From positions 8,317-72,316 of the forward strand of contig JACOYX010000017.1 of NCBI GenBank assembly GCA_016181585.1: a stretch of 64,000 bases of DNA. The letters run 5' to 3'. Source of the DNA: Candidatus Sungiibacteriota bacterium (GTDB lineage Bacteria > Patescibacteriota > Minisyncoccia > Sungbacterales > HO2-52-23). Shown here piece by piece: positions 27,059 through 37,409 of this stretch. A program made the position numbers and the translations under genes. The notes under the pieces are model-generated. The model ran no database searches. It had not been told where the DNA came from and worked only from the letters and a program-made list of their open reading frames with translations. Positions within the stretch are counted from its first letter, which is position 1. Every line of letters starts with the position of its first letter.

Positions 27059-27385
27059 TCAAAATTTATCCTTAAACTCCGCATGCAAAAGAGGAATATA
27101 TTCCTTAAGCCACGATTTGTGATTTTTAAATAAAATTTTCTCTGCCTCATTCAAAAATGAAACACGCCCGCTTAATGGAATTACATTAGCAATCATACTA
27201 ATCAATATACGCTCGCGCATCGCAAGCAACGCTGCAACGTTGCTTGGTATCAATTCCTGTTTCCACTTTTTTGTGTCGGTGATATGGAACAGAGTTAAGA
27301 ACTCTGTCAAATCTTTATGCACAATCGTCGCGCGTCGCTTCTGCGCCGGCGTCACCGTAGTTGTTGGATGTTTTTTATGCGGCAT
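27059..27385 (-). CDS. Hypothetical protein (108 aa)
   Basis: Complete ORF with a terminator downstream; no recognisable motif. Confidence 0.4.
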   Translation of the reverse strand: MPHKKHPTTTVTPAQKRRATIVHKDLTEFLTLFHITDTKKWKQELIPSNVAALLAMRERILISMIANVIPLSGRVSFLNEAEKILFKNHKSWLKEYIPLLHAEFKDKF

Positions 27386-27442
27386 TTATAATACTCCATT
27401 GCCGTAACGTACTATAGTTTAGTATAACAACATATCACAAAA

Positions 27443-28648
27443 TCAAACATTTTCTACAATCTTTTTCGCCGCATACTCATTGCCGTTCAATGTTCCAAAT
27501 TGCTCCAACAGTTTATGATTAAAATTTTGAATTCTTGCTTTTAATTTTTCCGCTTCGCGTATAATTTCCGCAAGCGATTGGCCGCGGTAAATCACCCCAA
27601 GCCCGAGCTTTTCGATACACTTGTTATTAAAATAAATTTCCGGATCATCTTTTGGATCGAAATTCGGCGCAACAAAGGGCGTGCCGGAGAGCTGGGAGAG
27701 CCACACCGAACCCCAGCCGGATCGCGCGAACTGTAGTTTTATATTTTGGTTTGAAATATAGTGTGGCGATAAATACTCGCTTCCCGGAATTGCTTTTGTG
27801 TCGTTGGAATACAGCTTCAGGCCGAGTTTTCGCGTTTCCTCATACAGCCGTTCAAGGCCGGGAATGCCCGTTATCGTCACATAAATCCCATTAGAAATCT
27901 CCGATGTTTCAGTTTGAACGCTATTTTTAACGGGATAAACCCCTTCGGTAATTTTTCCAATATTTGGTAAAATATTGGCAATAGTAGGAGGTATTAAAAT
28001 TTCATCCGAGAACCGCGGCATCCGATCTTTTTTAAATGAAAACGTCCCTGGATGCGCTAAAGCGTGAAAAACATGGCTCGCTTCTATTTTTTCCGCAATG
28101 GCAATAGCTTGTTTTACCAAAGCACGATCCAACGCAACGGTCTCTTGCGGCACATCCAGCACGCTTTGCAAAATTTCCGACACATAGCCAAACGTTACCG
28201 AATACGCCGGAGCAATATTATAACAAATCCGCGGAGCTCGGTTTATCTCAAACGCAATATCCGCTGATCGCACCGTATGCTTGTTGCCTTGCAAATCAAA
28301 AACATCAAAATTACGAGAAAGATGCTCGTGCTCTTCTTTGCTTAACATATCAAACTGTTCCACAAAAATGCGGAGAGCTTCTTCATAACTTTTTTCTCCA
28401 TAAAAAACTTTTTGTAAAGTCGCGCCGAGCATCGGATCAAGCAAAATTAACCCGGGATTTTTTTCTTCATAAGACTCAAACTCCTCAAGCATTATCCGCT
28501 TTTGCTTCTCACCGTACACCCATGGCACGATAATCCCCATTTTTTCTTTCCCTCGCCCATCAAACTCATTATTTATCGCAATCGCAAGTTCAGTTGTCCT
28601 AAGATAAGGACCAGTACCGTAGACGAAGTTGGTTATGATGTATTGCAT
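27443..28648 (-). CDS. Hypothetical protein, possibly GT-B-fold; candidate glycosyltransferase of unknown family
   Basis: 401 aa; N-terminal YGTGPYLRT glycine-rich loop; C-terminal ARSGWGSVWLSQLSGTPFV resembling GT-B donor-binding loops; operon-adjacent to NeuB-2 and NeuA-2. Confidence 0.4.
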   Translation of the reverse strand: MQYIITNFVYGTGPYLRTTELAIAINNEFDGRGKEKMGIIVPWVYGEKQKRIMLEEFESYEEKNPGLILLDPMLGATLQKVFYGEKSYEEALRIFVEQFDMLSKEEHEHLSRNFDVFDLQGNKHTVRSADIAFEINRAPRICYNIAPAYSVTFGYVSEILQSVLDVPQETVALDRALVKQAIAIAEKIEASHVFHALAHPGTFSFKKDRMPRFSDEILIPPTIANILPNIGKITEGVYPVKNSVQTETSEISNGIYVTITGIPGLERLYEETRKLGLKLYSNDTKAIPGSEYLSPHYISNQNIKLQFARSGWGSVWLSQLSGTPFVAPNFDPKDDPEIYFNNKCIEKLGLGVIYRGQSLAEIIREAEKLKARIQNFNHKLLEQFGTLNGNEYAAKKIVENV

Positions 28649-28764
28649 CTCAATTTCTAATATCTAATTCCTAATTTCTAATGAAATTTGAATGTTTAAA
28701 ATGTCCCAAATTAAAAATCGCATTTAGCTATTTCATTGGAAATAGGATATTAGAAATTAGGAAT

Positions 28765-30513
28765 TTATAGTTTATTGTAGATAACTCCTTCTGCTTTTTT
28801 TACCTCTTCTTCATTATAAATCCCCCACGTATCAAACATCAAAACAGGCTTTTTAGAAACAGCAAGAAGCGGGCGTATATTCAGCTCTTCAAAGTGAGGG
28901 TTATTGTTCATGACTAAAACAACATCCGCGCCGCGAATGCCCTTTTTGATATCCCCTACATGCGAAACGCCAAACCGCGTAATGTCGCTTTTAACCACCG
29001 CCGGATCAAATCCGTGAATATTGCGATATCCTTTTTTCTGGAGATGCTCAACAATTTTTATCGTTGAAGAACCGCGCACATCGGAAGTGACCGGCTTCCC
29101 TTTAAATGCAAATCCCAAAATAACTATTTTTGTTTTTTGAGCCTGCTTTTTTTCTTTTTTCAAAAACGATTCTATTTCAGACAAAACATGATTCACCATA
29201 AGCTCGCTCACCGCACGCGCATTTTGGAAAAGCAGGGGAATGTATCCCTTTTTGCCGGCGCTATCGATAAAAATATAAGGGTCTTTTTCAAGGCAGTAGC
29301 CGCCTACGCCGGGACTTGGCTTCGGCACGCGCGCGCGTTCATAGCCATAATTTGCCGCATCAATCACGCGATGCGTGTCCACTCCCCATTTTTTTGCAAT
29401 CAAAGAAACCTCGTTGGCAAAGGCAAATGTCACATCACGGTAGGTGTTGTTTACGAGCTTCACCATCTCCGCCTCTTCAAGGGATTCGACGGTAATAATC
29501 GAGTGCGTCATCACATTAAAGATATTTGCCGCGGCATCCGCGCTGGCGCGGTTGACCCCGCCAATCACTTGCGGCAAATGGCGCAATTCTTCAAGTGCTT
29601 TTCCTTCGATCGTTCGCTCCGGAGCAAAAGACACGAAAAATCCTTCGCCTGCCTTAAGCCCGGATTCTTTTTCCAAAATCGGTATCACGACCGTCCGCGT
29701 ACTGCCCATCGGAACCGTGGAGCGTAAAATAACCGAATCACCACGCTTTAATATTCCGCCGACAGTGCGCGCCGCGCTTTCCAAATACGAAAGATTGGGT
29801 TTGTTGTCGGGTCCCAGCGGCGTACCCACGGTAATAAAATAAATATCACAAATATTTTTGCCGAGAAAATCAGAAACGGCAGAAAAGTTAATTCCGTAAT
29901 TATCACAAAGCAGAGTTTCAAGCCCCGCTTCGTAAAAATGAGTTTTTCCTTTTTTAAGCAGTTTGCCGATTTCCGGATTCGCATCGAGTCCCTTCACTTT
30001 AAAGCCAAGGTTCGCGAGGGTTAGGCCAAGCGTTAAACCGACATAGCCAAGCCCTACAATACCGATATGCTTGAAACGCGTATCACTGCGATGCCAAATA
30101 TCGTAGAGCGACATCAGTTCTAACAGTTTTTTGCTCTTATCGACAACGATAATCTTATTGAGTTTATCCGCATGCCATGACTCCTGCTTTATTTTATCCA
30201 TCGCGTGAGAAAGCATTTCTCTGTCTGAAATCGGCCCTTCAATCAAAAAAGGATTTTTGTTCATTACGCCGGAAACCGAATCGTCGAGCATCATGTCCCG
30301 GCTCAAACCGCGCCGAAGATCGCCGTTGGTCACAATACCCAGCACTTTTCTTTGCCGATCCGTTACCACCACAATTCCTGCAGGCAAATTGGTTTTTGCC
30401 GGATCGTTTTCCCCCATCTTTCGCAATACCTCGCGAATCGTATCATTCGGACTCACACAGATTGTAGAAATAAATTTATTTTGCATATGTTTCTTGCTAT
30501 TTTTGGGCAACAT
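28765..30513 (-). CDS. CBS-domain pair fused to a nucleotide-sugar dehydrogenase (UDP-glucose/GDP-mannose dehydrogenase family, WecC/Ugd-like)
   Basis: 582 aa; N-terminal about 130-aa CBS pair; then HIGIVGLGYVGL NAD motif, catalytic GGYCLEKD, and a complete C-terminal UDP-binding domain. Confidence 0.75.
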   Translation of the reverse strand: MLPKNSKKHMQNKFISTICVSPNDTIREVLRKMGENDPAKTNLPAGIVVVTDRQRKVLGIVTNGDLRRGLSRDMMLDDSVSGVMNKNPFLIEGPISDREMLSHAMDKIKQESWHADKLNKIIVVDKSKKLLELMSLYDIWHRSDTRFKHIGIVGLGYVGLTLGLTLANLGFKVKGLDANPEIGKLLKKGKTHFYEAGLETLLCDNYGINFSAVSDFLGKNICDIYFITVGTPLGPDNKPNLSYLESAARTVGGILKRGDSVILRSTVPMGSTRTVVIPILEKESGLKAGEGFFVSFAPERTIEGKALEELRHLPQVIGGVNRASADAAANIFNVMTHSIITVESLEEAEMVKLVNNTYRDVTFAFANEVSLIAKKWGVDTHRVIDAANYGYERARVPKPSPGVGGYCLEKDPYIFIDSAGKKGYIPLLFQNARAVSELMVNHVLSEIESFLKKEKKQAQKTKIVILGFAFKGKPVTSDVRGSSTIKIVEHLQKKGYRNIHGFDPAVVKSDITRFGVSHVGDIKKGIRGADVVLVMNNNPHFEELNIRPLLAVSKKPVLMFDTWGIYNEEEVKKAEGVIYNKL

Positions 30514-30782
30514 GCTATCATTTATGCAGTTCTAGGAGGTGGCCATGTGAAGCAAACTTGCAGCAAGATCTCTTTTATTTGGTATATTTTTGGGTTACGG
30601 AATATATGACTTAACAGATAGCCCAAGTGCTGCAATTGCATTCGGTGCCGCTATGGCAATATTGCCTCACTCGCTTCTTGATTGTAAATAATATTTTTCA
30701 CCTGAGAGCCTCAAATCGAGGCTTTTAATTATTATATCTGTCGCCTTATAAATTTCGTGACGAACTTTATAAGGCGACATGC

Positions 30783-31508
30783 CTATTTTCTCGCGCGAAT
30801 AGTAAAATACTGCGTTAAATCACGGCCGTACCCATTATCGAAGCGATCGATAAAAAAACAAATCGGCTGTACTATCCAGTAGTGCGCGAAATCAAAACTA
30901 TTTTCAATCCATTTGGGAAGCCCGAGCCCTCGCTCAAAAAAATACGCATATTCGCCGAATGTTCCGAAGGCTCCATTGGTGGGACGCGCGGAAAATTCTC
31001 TGAAGCCGACTTTTTTAAATAAATACTCAAGCCCGAATTCGGTATAGCGGAAATAATCATATGGTTTTTGATGCTGGCGCCGCACATGCGCGGCAACCAC
31101 AAAAGCTTCCCCGCCCGGCTTCAATACCCTATAAAACTCTCGAAGAAGCCGCTCGGGTTCCGCCACATGCTCCATGATATATTTTGTAGTTACCAATATA
31201 TCATACGATTGATCGGGAAACGGCAATGTATGCAGTTCGGAAACGGGAGTTGCGCCATAGATAAATCTGTTTTCCCAAAAATCAATTTCATCGAATTCAC
31301 AATCAGTAAAAAAATTATTTTTGTAAACTTCCTCTCTTCCCCCCGAAAAATCTTTTGACGTATATATATTTAAAAGTTTTTTCCCGGGACGCGCCGCCTG
31401 ATGCACTTCATACATAAATTCAAAAATCGACCGGAAAAAAGGATTGATCTTCCGCGCCTTAGGTATACATTTAAAAAATTCTTTTTCCAGCTCTTTTTTG
31501 CTTTTCAT
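30783..31508 (-). CDS. Class I SAM-dependent methyltransferase (Methyltransf_11-like)
   Basis: DILVTTKYIMEHVAEPERLLREFYRVLKPGG motif; 241 aa. Confidence 0.65.
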   Translation of the reverse strand: MKSKKELEKEFFKCIPKARKINPFFRSIFEFMYEVHQAARPGKKLLNIYTSKDFSGGREEVYKNNFFTDCEFDEIDFWENRFIYGATPVSELHTLPFPDQSYDILVTTKYIMEHVAEPERLLREFYRVLKPGGEAFVVAAHVRRQHQKPYDYFRYTEFGLEYLFKKVGFREFSARPTNGAFGTFGEYAYFFERGLGLPKWIENSFDFAHYWIVQPICFFIDRFDNGYGRDLTQYFTIRARK

Positions 31509-31510
31509 AT

Positions 31511-32311
31511 TTATTTCTTCAAATGAAAGAGCGCCACCGCCCCTGCATGAATTTCATTTTTTTCCAAACGTACAGCATGCTCATCGAGCCAATGAATAAA
31601 CTCTTTTATTTTGTTTTGCGAAATCCTAATGCCTGCATCGCGAAACACATTCGGCAAGCGGCGCGATAAATCTTCAATCATCTTTTTTCCGTGTCCCCAT
31701 TCCTGCTCAACCGTCCTCCATGAAAGCTTAAGGTGGAGTTTCTTCGCCCACGCTTCAAATTCAACGGGCGTGAAATAATGCAAATCGGCTTTCGTGATGG
31801 ACATATCAAATAAAAATTTTAAAGTAAGCAAAATGTACCCGCGAACGTTAGTCCAATTAGGACAGGTGATAATCAGCGAACCTTTGGGCTTCACTAAAGA
31901 AGAAAGTTGTTTGAGCGCCCCAAACGGATCGTCTAAATGCTCAAGCGTGCCCAAACTCACTACCACATCAAAGCGTTCTTTCGTGTCGGATATATTTTTA
32001 CAACGAAACTCCAGATTCCTCCTCACATGTGTCTTCTTTGCTTCTCCTATCGCCGCATCGGAATAGTCAATTCCCACCACACTCTCTGCGCCTCGCTTGG
32101 CGATTGCGTGTGCAAGCTCGCCGGTGCCGCATCCGGCGTCCAATACGTTTTTCCCTTTCCACGAAAGTTCCTTCAGCACTTCGGCTTTAGCCGGAGGGAT
32201 TTTGTCACCCGAAAGCAAAAGCGATGTATAGTGCCGTTTTTCTCCTTTTTCATAAACGCTGTTATAAAACGATTGCAGTTCTTTGTTTTTCATATAGTTA
32301 TGCGCATTCAT
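31511..32311 (-). CDS. Class I SAM-dependent methyltransferase
   Basis: VLDAGCGTGELA motif I; 266 aa. Confidence 0.7.
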   Translation of the reverse strand: MNAHNYMKNKELQSFYNSVYEKGEKRHYTSLLLSGDKIPPAKAEVLKELSWKGKNVLDAGCGTGELAHAIAKRGAESVVGIDYSDAAIGEAKKTHVRRNLEFRCKNISDTKERFDVVVSLGTLEHLDDPFGALKQLSSLVKPKGSLIITCPNWTNVRGYILLTLKFLFDMSITKADLHYFTPVEFEAWAKKLHLKLSWRTVEQEWGHGKKMIEDLSRRLPNVFRDAGIRISQNKIKEFIHWLDEHAVRLEKNEIHAGAVALFHLKK

Positions 32312-33246
32312 GACGCTCCGCAGGCCGCGAAAATATTTTCTAATACAACCCGCGCAATCTCTTCATGCGCTTCTTGAGTAAATGAAGCGGCGTGAGGCGT
32401 AGCAATAACTTTCGGATGCAACGCCAAAAGTTTTGAGATACCGTCTTCCCTAAACGGCGGCTCTTTTGCAAAAACATCCAAAGCCGCCCCCGCTATTTTT
32501 TCTTCGTTCAATGCATCCAAAAGCGCTTTTTCGTCTACCACTCCGCCGCGCGAGGTATTAATTAAAAATGCATCTTTTTTCATGAAAGCGATCGCCGCAC
32601 TATTCATAAGATGTTTGGTGGCATCGGTAAGCGGCACATGAAGCGATACAAAATCACTTTCCTGCATGAGCATATTAAAGTCATTCTGTAGAACTTCTGC
32701 CCGGCGAAATTCATCCAAAGAAGCGTGCGGATCGAAAGCGGATACTTGCATGCCAATACCCCGCGCCATAGCGGCAACTTCCTTGCCAATAGCGCCAAAC
32801 CCGACAATACCAAGTTTTTTCCCAACCACACCACGGCTGTAGTCGCGCCGCCACTCTCCTCTTTTAATTTGCCTATCAAACTCGGGGATTTTCCTCGCCA
32901 TGGAAAACATAAAACCAACCGCAAGCTCCGCAACAGCTTTATTGCTTCCGTGCGGCACGCTGGTTACCGCGATGCCTCGGCTTTGCGCACAAGCAATATC
33001 GATATTATCCAGCCCGCGCCCGAACCGCGCAATAATTTTCAAATTTGGAAAATGTGAAAGTTCGCTCGCTCCAAGTTTTGGTTCCCCCGCCGCGATAGCA
33101 ACCACATCCGCAGGATCAAAAGAAAAAGGCGATGCCAAAATGGCAACCTCTCTATAAAAAAAACCGCGCGCCTCAATATCGCTTTTAAGATTTAGATTTT
33201 CCACCGCGCGTACAAACGAATGGGTTGTAGCAAGGATTATAGGCAT
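32308..33246 (-). CDS. D-isomer-specific 2-hydroxyacid dehydrogenase family (glycerate/phosphoglycerate dehydrogenase-like)
   Basis: KLGIVGFGAIGKEVA NAD motif; catalytic R/E/H arrangement; 312 aa. Confidence 0.75.
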   Translation of the reverse strand: MPIILATTHSFVRAVENLNLKSDIEARGFFYREVAILASPFSFDPADVVAIAAGEPKLGASELSHFPNLKIIARFGRGLDNIDIACAQSRGIAVTSVPHGSNKAVAELAVGFMFSMARKIPEFDRQIKRGEWRRDYSRGVVGKKLGIVGFGAIGKEVAAMARGIGMQVSAFDPHASLDEFRRAEVLQNDFNMLMQESDFVSLHVPLTDATKHLMNSAAIAFMKKDAFLINTSRGGVVDEKALLDALNEEKIAGAALDVFAKEPPFREDGISKLLALHPKVIATPHAASFTQEAHEEIARVVLENIFAACGAS

Positions 33247-33289
33247 ACTTGATTAAAGTATACAACGCAAAAAGTCAATATTTTGTCTT

Positions 33290-34048
33290 TCAGCGTTTAG
33301 ACAGATTTTTTGTATACTTCCCCGACCACTTCCACCACAATATTTTAAATATCCCCTTAAAAGAACGGCGAATTTCCCGAAAAGGGCGCACTTTTGAATC
33401 ACGATTATCAGACCATAAAACAGGCAAATCTTTTATCTTCCACCCGCGATATTTTCCTACCTGCACGATTTCCGCCTCCGCAAAAAAGTGATCAATATAT
33501 TGGTACCGAAAAATATCGTGCGCCGCATCTAGACGAAACATCTTAAACCCATTTACCAAGTCTTTCATCCGCCAGCCGAAAAAGATCGAGCATAAAAACA
33601 AAAAACCGTTTCCCAAAAATATGCGAAGCGCGGGCTGGGGCGCTAAAATCCTCGATTTCGCGGCGTTTCTGCTTCCCACCAGAAAATCCGCCTCCGGATG
33701 ATCTTTCAAATACTCCAAAAACCTCGGAATTGCTTCTGGGTCAACACTCCCATCCGCGTCCATTTCCAAAATATAATCTGCACAGCTTGCGAGCACCGCA
33801 TCGCGCACCACAGCACCACGGCCGCGATTTTGCGAAAATGCCATAATCCTAAGCTCCGGAAAATGCTCCATATAGTTCCGTACCACTGCCGCGGTCTCAT
33901 CCCCGCTTCCGTCGTCAGCCACCACCACCTCGAAATTTCCCTGATAACTTTTTCTCAAATGCATAAAAACCTTCTCCAAAGTAGAAGGAAGACGCAGAGC
34001 TTCGTTATATGCGGGAATTATTATTGAAAGCTCCATAAGTATTTCCAA
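33290..34048 (-). CDS. GT2 glycosyltransferase (polyprenol-phosphate sugar synthase DPM1/ArnC-like)
   Basis: SIIIPAYNE, DDGSGDET and DAD motifs; 252 aa. Confidence 0.75.
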   Translation of the reverse strand: MEILMELSIIIPAYNEALRLPSTLEKVFMHLRKSYQGNFEVVVADDGSGDETAAVVRNYMEHFPELRIMAFSQNRGRGAVVRDAVLASCADYILEMDADGSVDPEAIPRFLEYLKDHPEADFLVGSRNAAKSRILAPQPALRIFLGNGFLFLCSIFFGWRMKDLVNGFKMFRLDAAHDIFRYQYIDHFFAEAEIVQVGKYRGWKIKDLPVLWSDNRDSKVRPFREIRRSFKGIFKILWWKWSGKYTKNLSKR

Positions 34049-34065
34049 TCATACTCATGAATTTA

Positions 34066-34098
34066 AAAACGGACAACTCTTGGTTGTCCGTTTTTTTA
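34066..34098. terminator. Bidirectional terminator aaaaacggacaac-tcttg-gttgtccgttttttt
   Basis: 11-bp stem with A5/T7 flanks. Confidence 0.6.
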
Positions 34099-34146
34099 AT
34101 TTACTATGACATTGCCACTTGCTATTACACAAGCGCCGGAATTTTT

Positions 34147-34971
34147 TTAAATTTTATCGTCAGTTTCTTTATCCATTGCGGCATCAAGTTCTCGCTGTAC
34201 CAGCCTTGCGTTATAGTTCGCAATGCGGTCAAACAGCGGCAGAAGCAATAAATACATCCGCTTGAACATCTTCCACAAAAATTCCCGTAAGACCGTATCC
34301 ACCAAATAAAACGGCCAATACATCATCCAGCCGATTATTTTGATCTTATTGTTTCTAGCTTCGGGTTTTTTGTAGTGATGCAATCTCTCCAATTGCCTCT
34401 TAAGTGTCTCTTCGTCATGGCGATACTTGTCTTTCATCATCCCCACCTCATCCAAATGCGCTTCGCCATCATCAATTCCGAACAAATGCCACTTTAAAAG
34501 AGCTGTAAGAGGCGCCCCAATAAATACAAAAACAAGCGCGCATTTAACAATCGTCCACACGTTATCCCATAAAAATTCGCCAAGTCCGTGCACACCCATT
34601 TCCATTGAAGCGAGAATCAAACCCGCAAATACTAAAACACTAAACGCGACATTTTCTTTGTCATTCATCCAGAATATAAATCCTGAAACAAGCGCCACAA
34701 CCACAACAGCCCAAAACCAAAATCCCGTTGCGGCTAAAAAATCAAAAGTACCCTCCGATACCATGTTTACTCCTCCCTGCGGAATAGCTTGTGTTGCCCG
34801 TTCCGCAATGGTTGTTACCGATGCAGAATCGCCAGAATAGTGTATATAAATCAGAAAACCAGCTACAATAAGTCCGCAAAAAAACGGACCTGCGGAATAA
34901 GCCGCACTACTCCACGAAAATGAACCTACTCCAATCGCAATTACGATAATCCAAAACAAAACATCTGGCAT
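34147..34971 (-). CDS. Hypothetical membrane protein
   Basis: 274 aa; 5-6 TM helices followed by a charged C-terminal tail. Confidence 0.45.
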   Translation of the reverse strand: MPDVLFWIIVIAIGVGSFSWSSAAYSAGPFFCGLIVAGFLIYIHYSGDSASVTTIAERATQAIPQGGVNMVSEGTFDFLAATGFWFWAVVVVALVSGFIFWMNDKENVAFSVLVFAGLILASMEMGVHGLGEFLWDNVWTIVKCALVFVFIGAPLTALLKWHLFGIDDGEAHLDEVGMMKDKYRHDEETLKRQLERLHHYKKPEARNNKIKIIGWMMYWPFYLVDTVLREFLWKMFKRMYLLLLPLFDRIANYNARLVQRELDAAMDKETDDKI

Positions 34972-35050
34972 ATTATAGAACCTCCCTTCTCAAGGACCTA
35001 CTGCAGAGCTTAAATTAAAATAGTTACCTTGTCAAGGTAACTATGAAAAC

Positions 35051-35833
35051 TTAGATAGTTTCAGCAAAGAGCGTATGCGCCACCACGCGCCGCATTGCGG
35101 CGCCAACAAATGCACCAACCGCCGCCGCAAGAAGGATAAAGCCGGCATTATATGGCACAGTAAAGAAAATAATAACTGCGCCAGCAAGTCCGTATAAACC
35201 GCATGCCGTGAAATCCTCGGAATGCACGAAGCGGAAAAATGATTTCAGGAATCGCCAACCATGGCCGCACAAAGAGGGAATATAAGTTAGCCTATAAAAC
35301 ATCCACGCAACCCCAATACCGAGCCAGCGCAATATATAATAATGTATTGCCACTGAATTAAAATTTACACCGAACCGCATAAAAATATTCGCCCCTTCCG
35401 GCTCTTCAGCATTCACTGGATAAAGAATCAACAGCGAAAAAAAGACCGCAATGACGTTGCTTGCAATTGTGTATAACCCATACCGAACCAAAGGATTTTG
35501 GATGCCGAAATAAGGATCTTCGCCGCTGATTAAACTCACACTACCCGAATAAATACCGAGTATCCCGCCAAACCCAATGCCACAATAAAAATCACTGATC
35601 ATGCGTTGCTTCCAATTAACGGCGAGACTGCCAACTATGGTCTGCCACGCCCGTTTTCCCGCATATTTTATTCTCTCCGGCTCGGTGAGCATCCGCACAA
35701 CGTAGCCTAATGCTCCACCGCTCAATATACCCAAAAACCATAAATATCCTACCGCATGCGCGAGCATAGCCCCAAGCGCCATGCCGACAAACATTGCAAA
35801 TACGTCCTTTCTGAACGCAGTATCCGTATCCAT
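35051..35833 (-). CDS. Hypothetical polytopic membrane protein
   Basis: Start moved to MDTDTAFRKD, which has a strong GAGGAGG SD 8 nt upstream; about 8 TM helices. Confidence 0.5.
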   Translation of the reverse strand: MDTDTAFRKDVFAMFVGMALGAMLAHAVGYLWFLGILSGGALGYVVRMLTEPERIKYAGKRAWQTIVGSLAVNWKQRMISDFYCGIGFGGILGIYSGSVSLISGEDPYFGIQNPLVRYGLYTIASNVIAVFFSLLILYPVNAEEPEGANIFMRFGVNFNSVAIHYYILRWLGIGVAWMFYRLTYIPSLCGHGWRFLKSFFRFVHSEDFTACGLYGLAGAVIIFFTVPYNAGFILLAAAVGAFVGAAMRRVVAHTLFAETI

Positions 35834-35948
35834 ACAAACCTCCTCAAAATTAGAACGAAAAGAACCATGGAAACCATAGCAAAGTTGATTACATTTGTCA
35901 ATTCCAGCAAATGTGCGCGATCGCGCATATTTGCTGGACTCCAGGATT

Positions 35949-36947
35949 TTATAATATCTGTGTAAAGGTATCAAGGTGCTTTGTAATCCTTAAACCATGG
36001 CGATAGTCAGTAAACGGTTCGCGATGCTCTTCAATGCAGGAAATAAAATGCTCAAGTTCATTTTGCAGAGGCTCGCGAGTGACTCCGTTTTTTACCGTAA
36101 CTTCGGCATATTCTCCGCCATCGATTTCGGCCTTATAAAGCCGCAATGGTTTTTCCTTATTCCGCATTTCATCAAAGACAGCGGCCCCTTTTTCTCCGAC
36201 GACCGAAAACCTCCGGATCTTTTCAGGTGCGCACCATGAAGTGAGCACAGTAACCGGAATCATTGCTTGACTCGCGTTTCCTATTCCAATGTTCTCAAGA
36301 ATTTGAGAATAAGCTTTGGAGTTAATCGCAAACGATACGTTTGCAAAATCATCCCTGCCTTTTTTGAAAAAATCTTCAAACCGCGCGAATTTTTGCTCGA
36401 TAGAAAATCCGCCAAAGAGGTAGTCGAGAATCGCAAATTCATGCGTTGCTGTTTCCCAAAAACACCCTGTATTTCCTGTAAGCGGAAAAGTATAAAAATG
36501 CTCCGCATGAATATAGTGAATTTTACCAAAAAATCCGCTGTCAAGCTTTTGTTTCAGGAGCCTAATATGATCATTGTAGCAATACTGATGCCCGATCATT
36601 AAAATTTTTCCGCTGTCTTTCACGATGCCCGCCAGCGCTTCCGCCTCTTCGAGCGTTGCGGTCATCGGCTTTTCAAGCAATACATGCTTTCCCTGCTTCA
36701 GTGCGGAAGATGCAAGCGTAAAATGTATTTTTGTGGGTGTTGCAATTATCATCGCATCAATACTCGAATCATGAAAAATTTCTTCAGCATTCGTGGTTTT
36801 TTTGATTGCATCTGCTACCTGAATTTCTTTCAGCGTTTTCTCTGAAGACGCGGCAACAGCTACAAGCGTAATACCCGGCATATCCTGTAACAATCGCAAA
36901 TAATTTTTGCCAAATTTTCCGATGCCAACAAGTCCAAACCTGATCAT
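35949..36947 (-). CDS. Gfo/Idh/MocA-family NAD(P)-dependent oxidoreductase (sugar-nucleotide dehydrogenase-like, e.g. WbpB type)
   Basis: MIRFGLVGIGKFGKNY Rossmann N-terminus; EKP motif; 332 aa. Confidence 0.7.
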   Translation of the reverse strand: MIRFGLVGIGKFGKNYLRLLQDMPGITLVAVAASSEKTLKEIQVADAIKKTTNAEEIFHDSSIDAMIIATPTKIHFTLASSALKQGKHVLLEKPMTATLEEAEALAGIVKDSGKILMIGHQYCYNDHIRLLKQKLDSGFFGKIHYIHAEHFYTFPLTGNTGCFWETATHEFAILDYLFGGFSIEQKFARFEDFFKKGRDDFANVSFAINSKAYSQILENIGIGNASQAMIPVTVLTSWCAPEKIRRFSVVGEKGAAVFDEMRNKEKPLRLYKAEIDGGEYAEVTVKNGVTREPLQNELEHFISCIEEHREPFTDYRHGLRITKHLDTFTQIL

Positions 36948-37351
36948 GAATCAAGAAGTTTAACTCTTATAGTATCCGCCTCGTATTCATCCTGATTGCG
37001 CGACTCGGTGGCAAAGGCGAGAAACACCGAATCCTCGAGCGCTTTTGCGGCATGTATCATCATAGGCGGCGTGTATACCATATCTCCAGGTCCCAGCACC
37101 GCGGTTTCCACCTCCTCGCCGCCTTCCGCCGGCTTCTCATGCCATTCCATTTTTCCCGAGATGATAAAACAAAAATGCGCGTCTTTCTTGTGATAATGAT
37201 TTGAACGAATCGCACCCGCTTTTGAAGTGATGTAGAGAATGGATTTTATCGCGGTTTTGCCGTCATCCAAAACTTTGGTTATTGCTCCCCGCGTATCGAT
37301 AAATTCCGGTGTTTGATGGTGAGTTATATGCATATATTTTGCTATGGACAT
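36944..37351 (-). CDS. Cupin-fold sugar isomerase/epimerase-like protein (WxcM/FdtA-like)
   Basis: HYHKKDAHFCFIISGKMEW and PPMMIHA cupin motifs; ORF-track start is TTG with a hydrophobic extension, so I used the first ATG. Confidence 0.5.
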   Translation of the reverse strand: MSIAKYMHITHHQTPEFIDTRGAITKVLDDGKTAIKSILYITSKAGAIRSNHYHKKDAHFCFIISGKMEWHEKPAEGGEEVETAVLGPGDMVYTPPMMIHAAKALEDSVFLAFATESRNQDEYEADTIRVKLLDS

Positions 37352-37409
37352 TATTATTTGAGTACTATATAAGAAAGCTAGCACAATTATAAAAAATATT
37401 GGAGTACTC

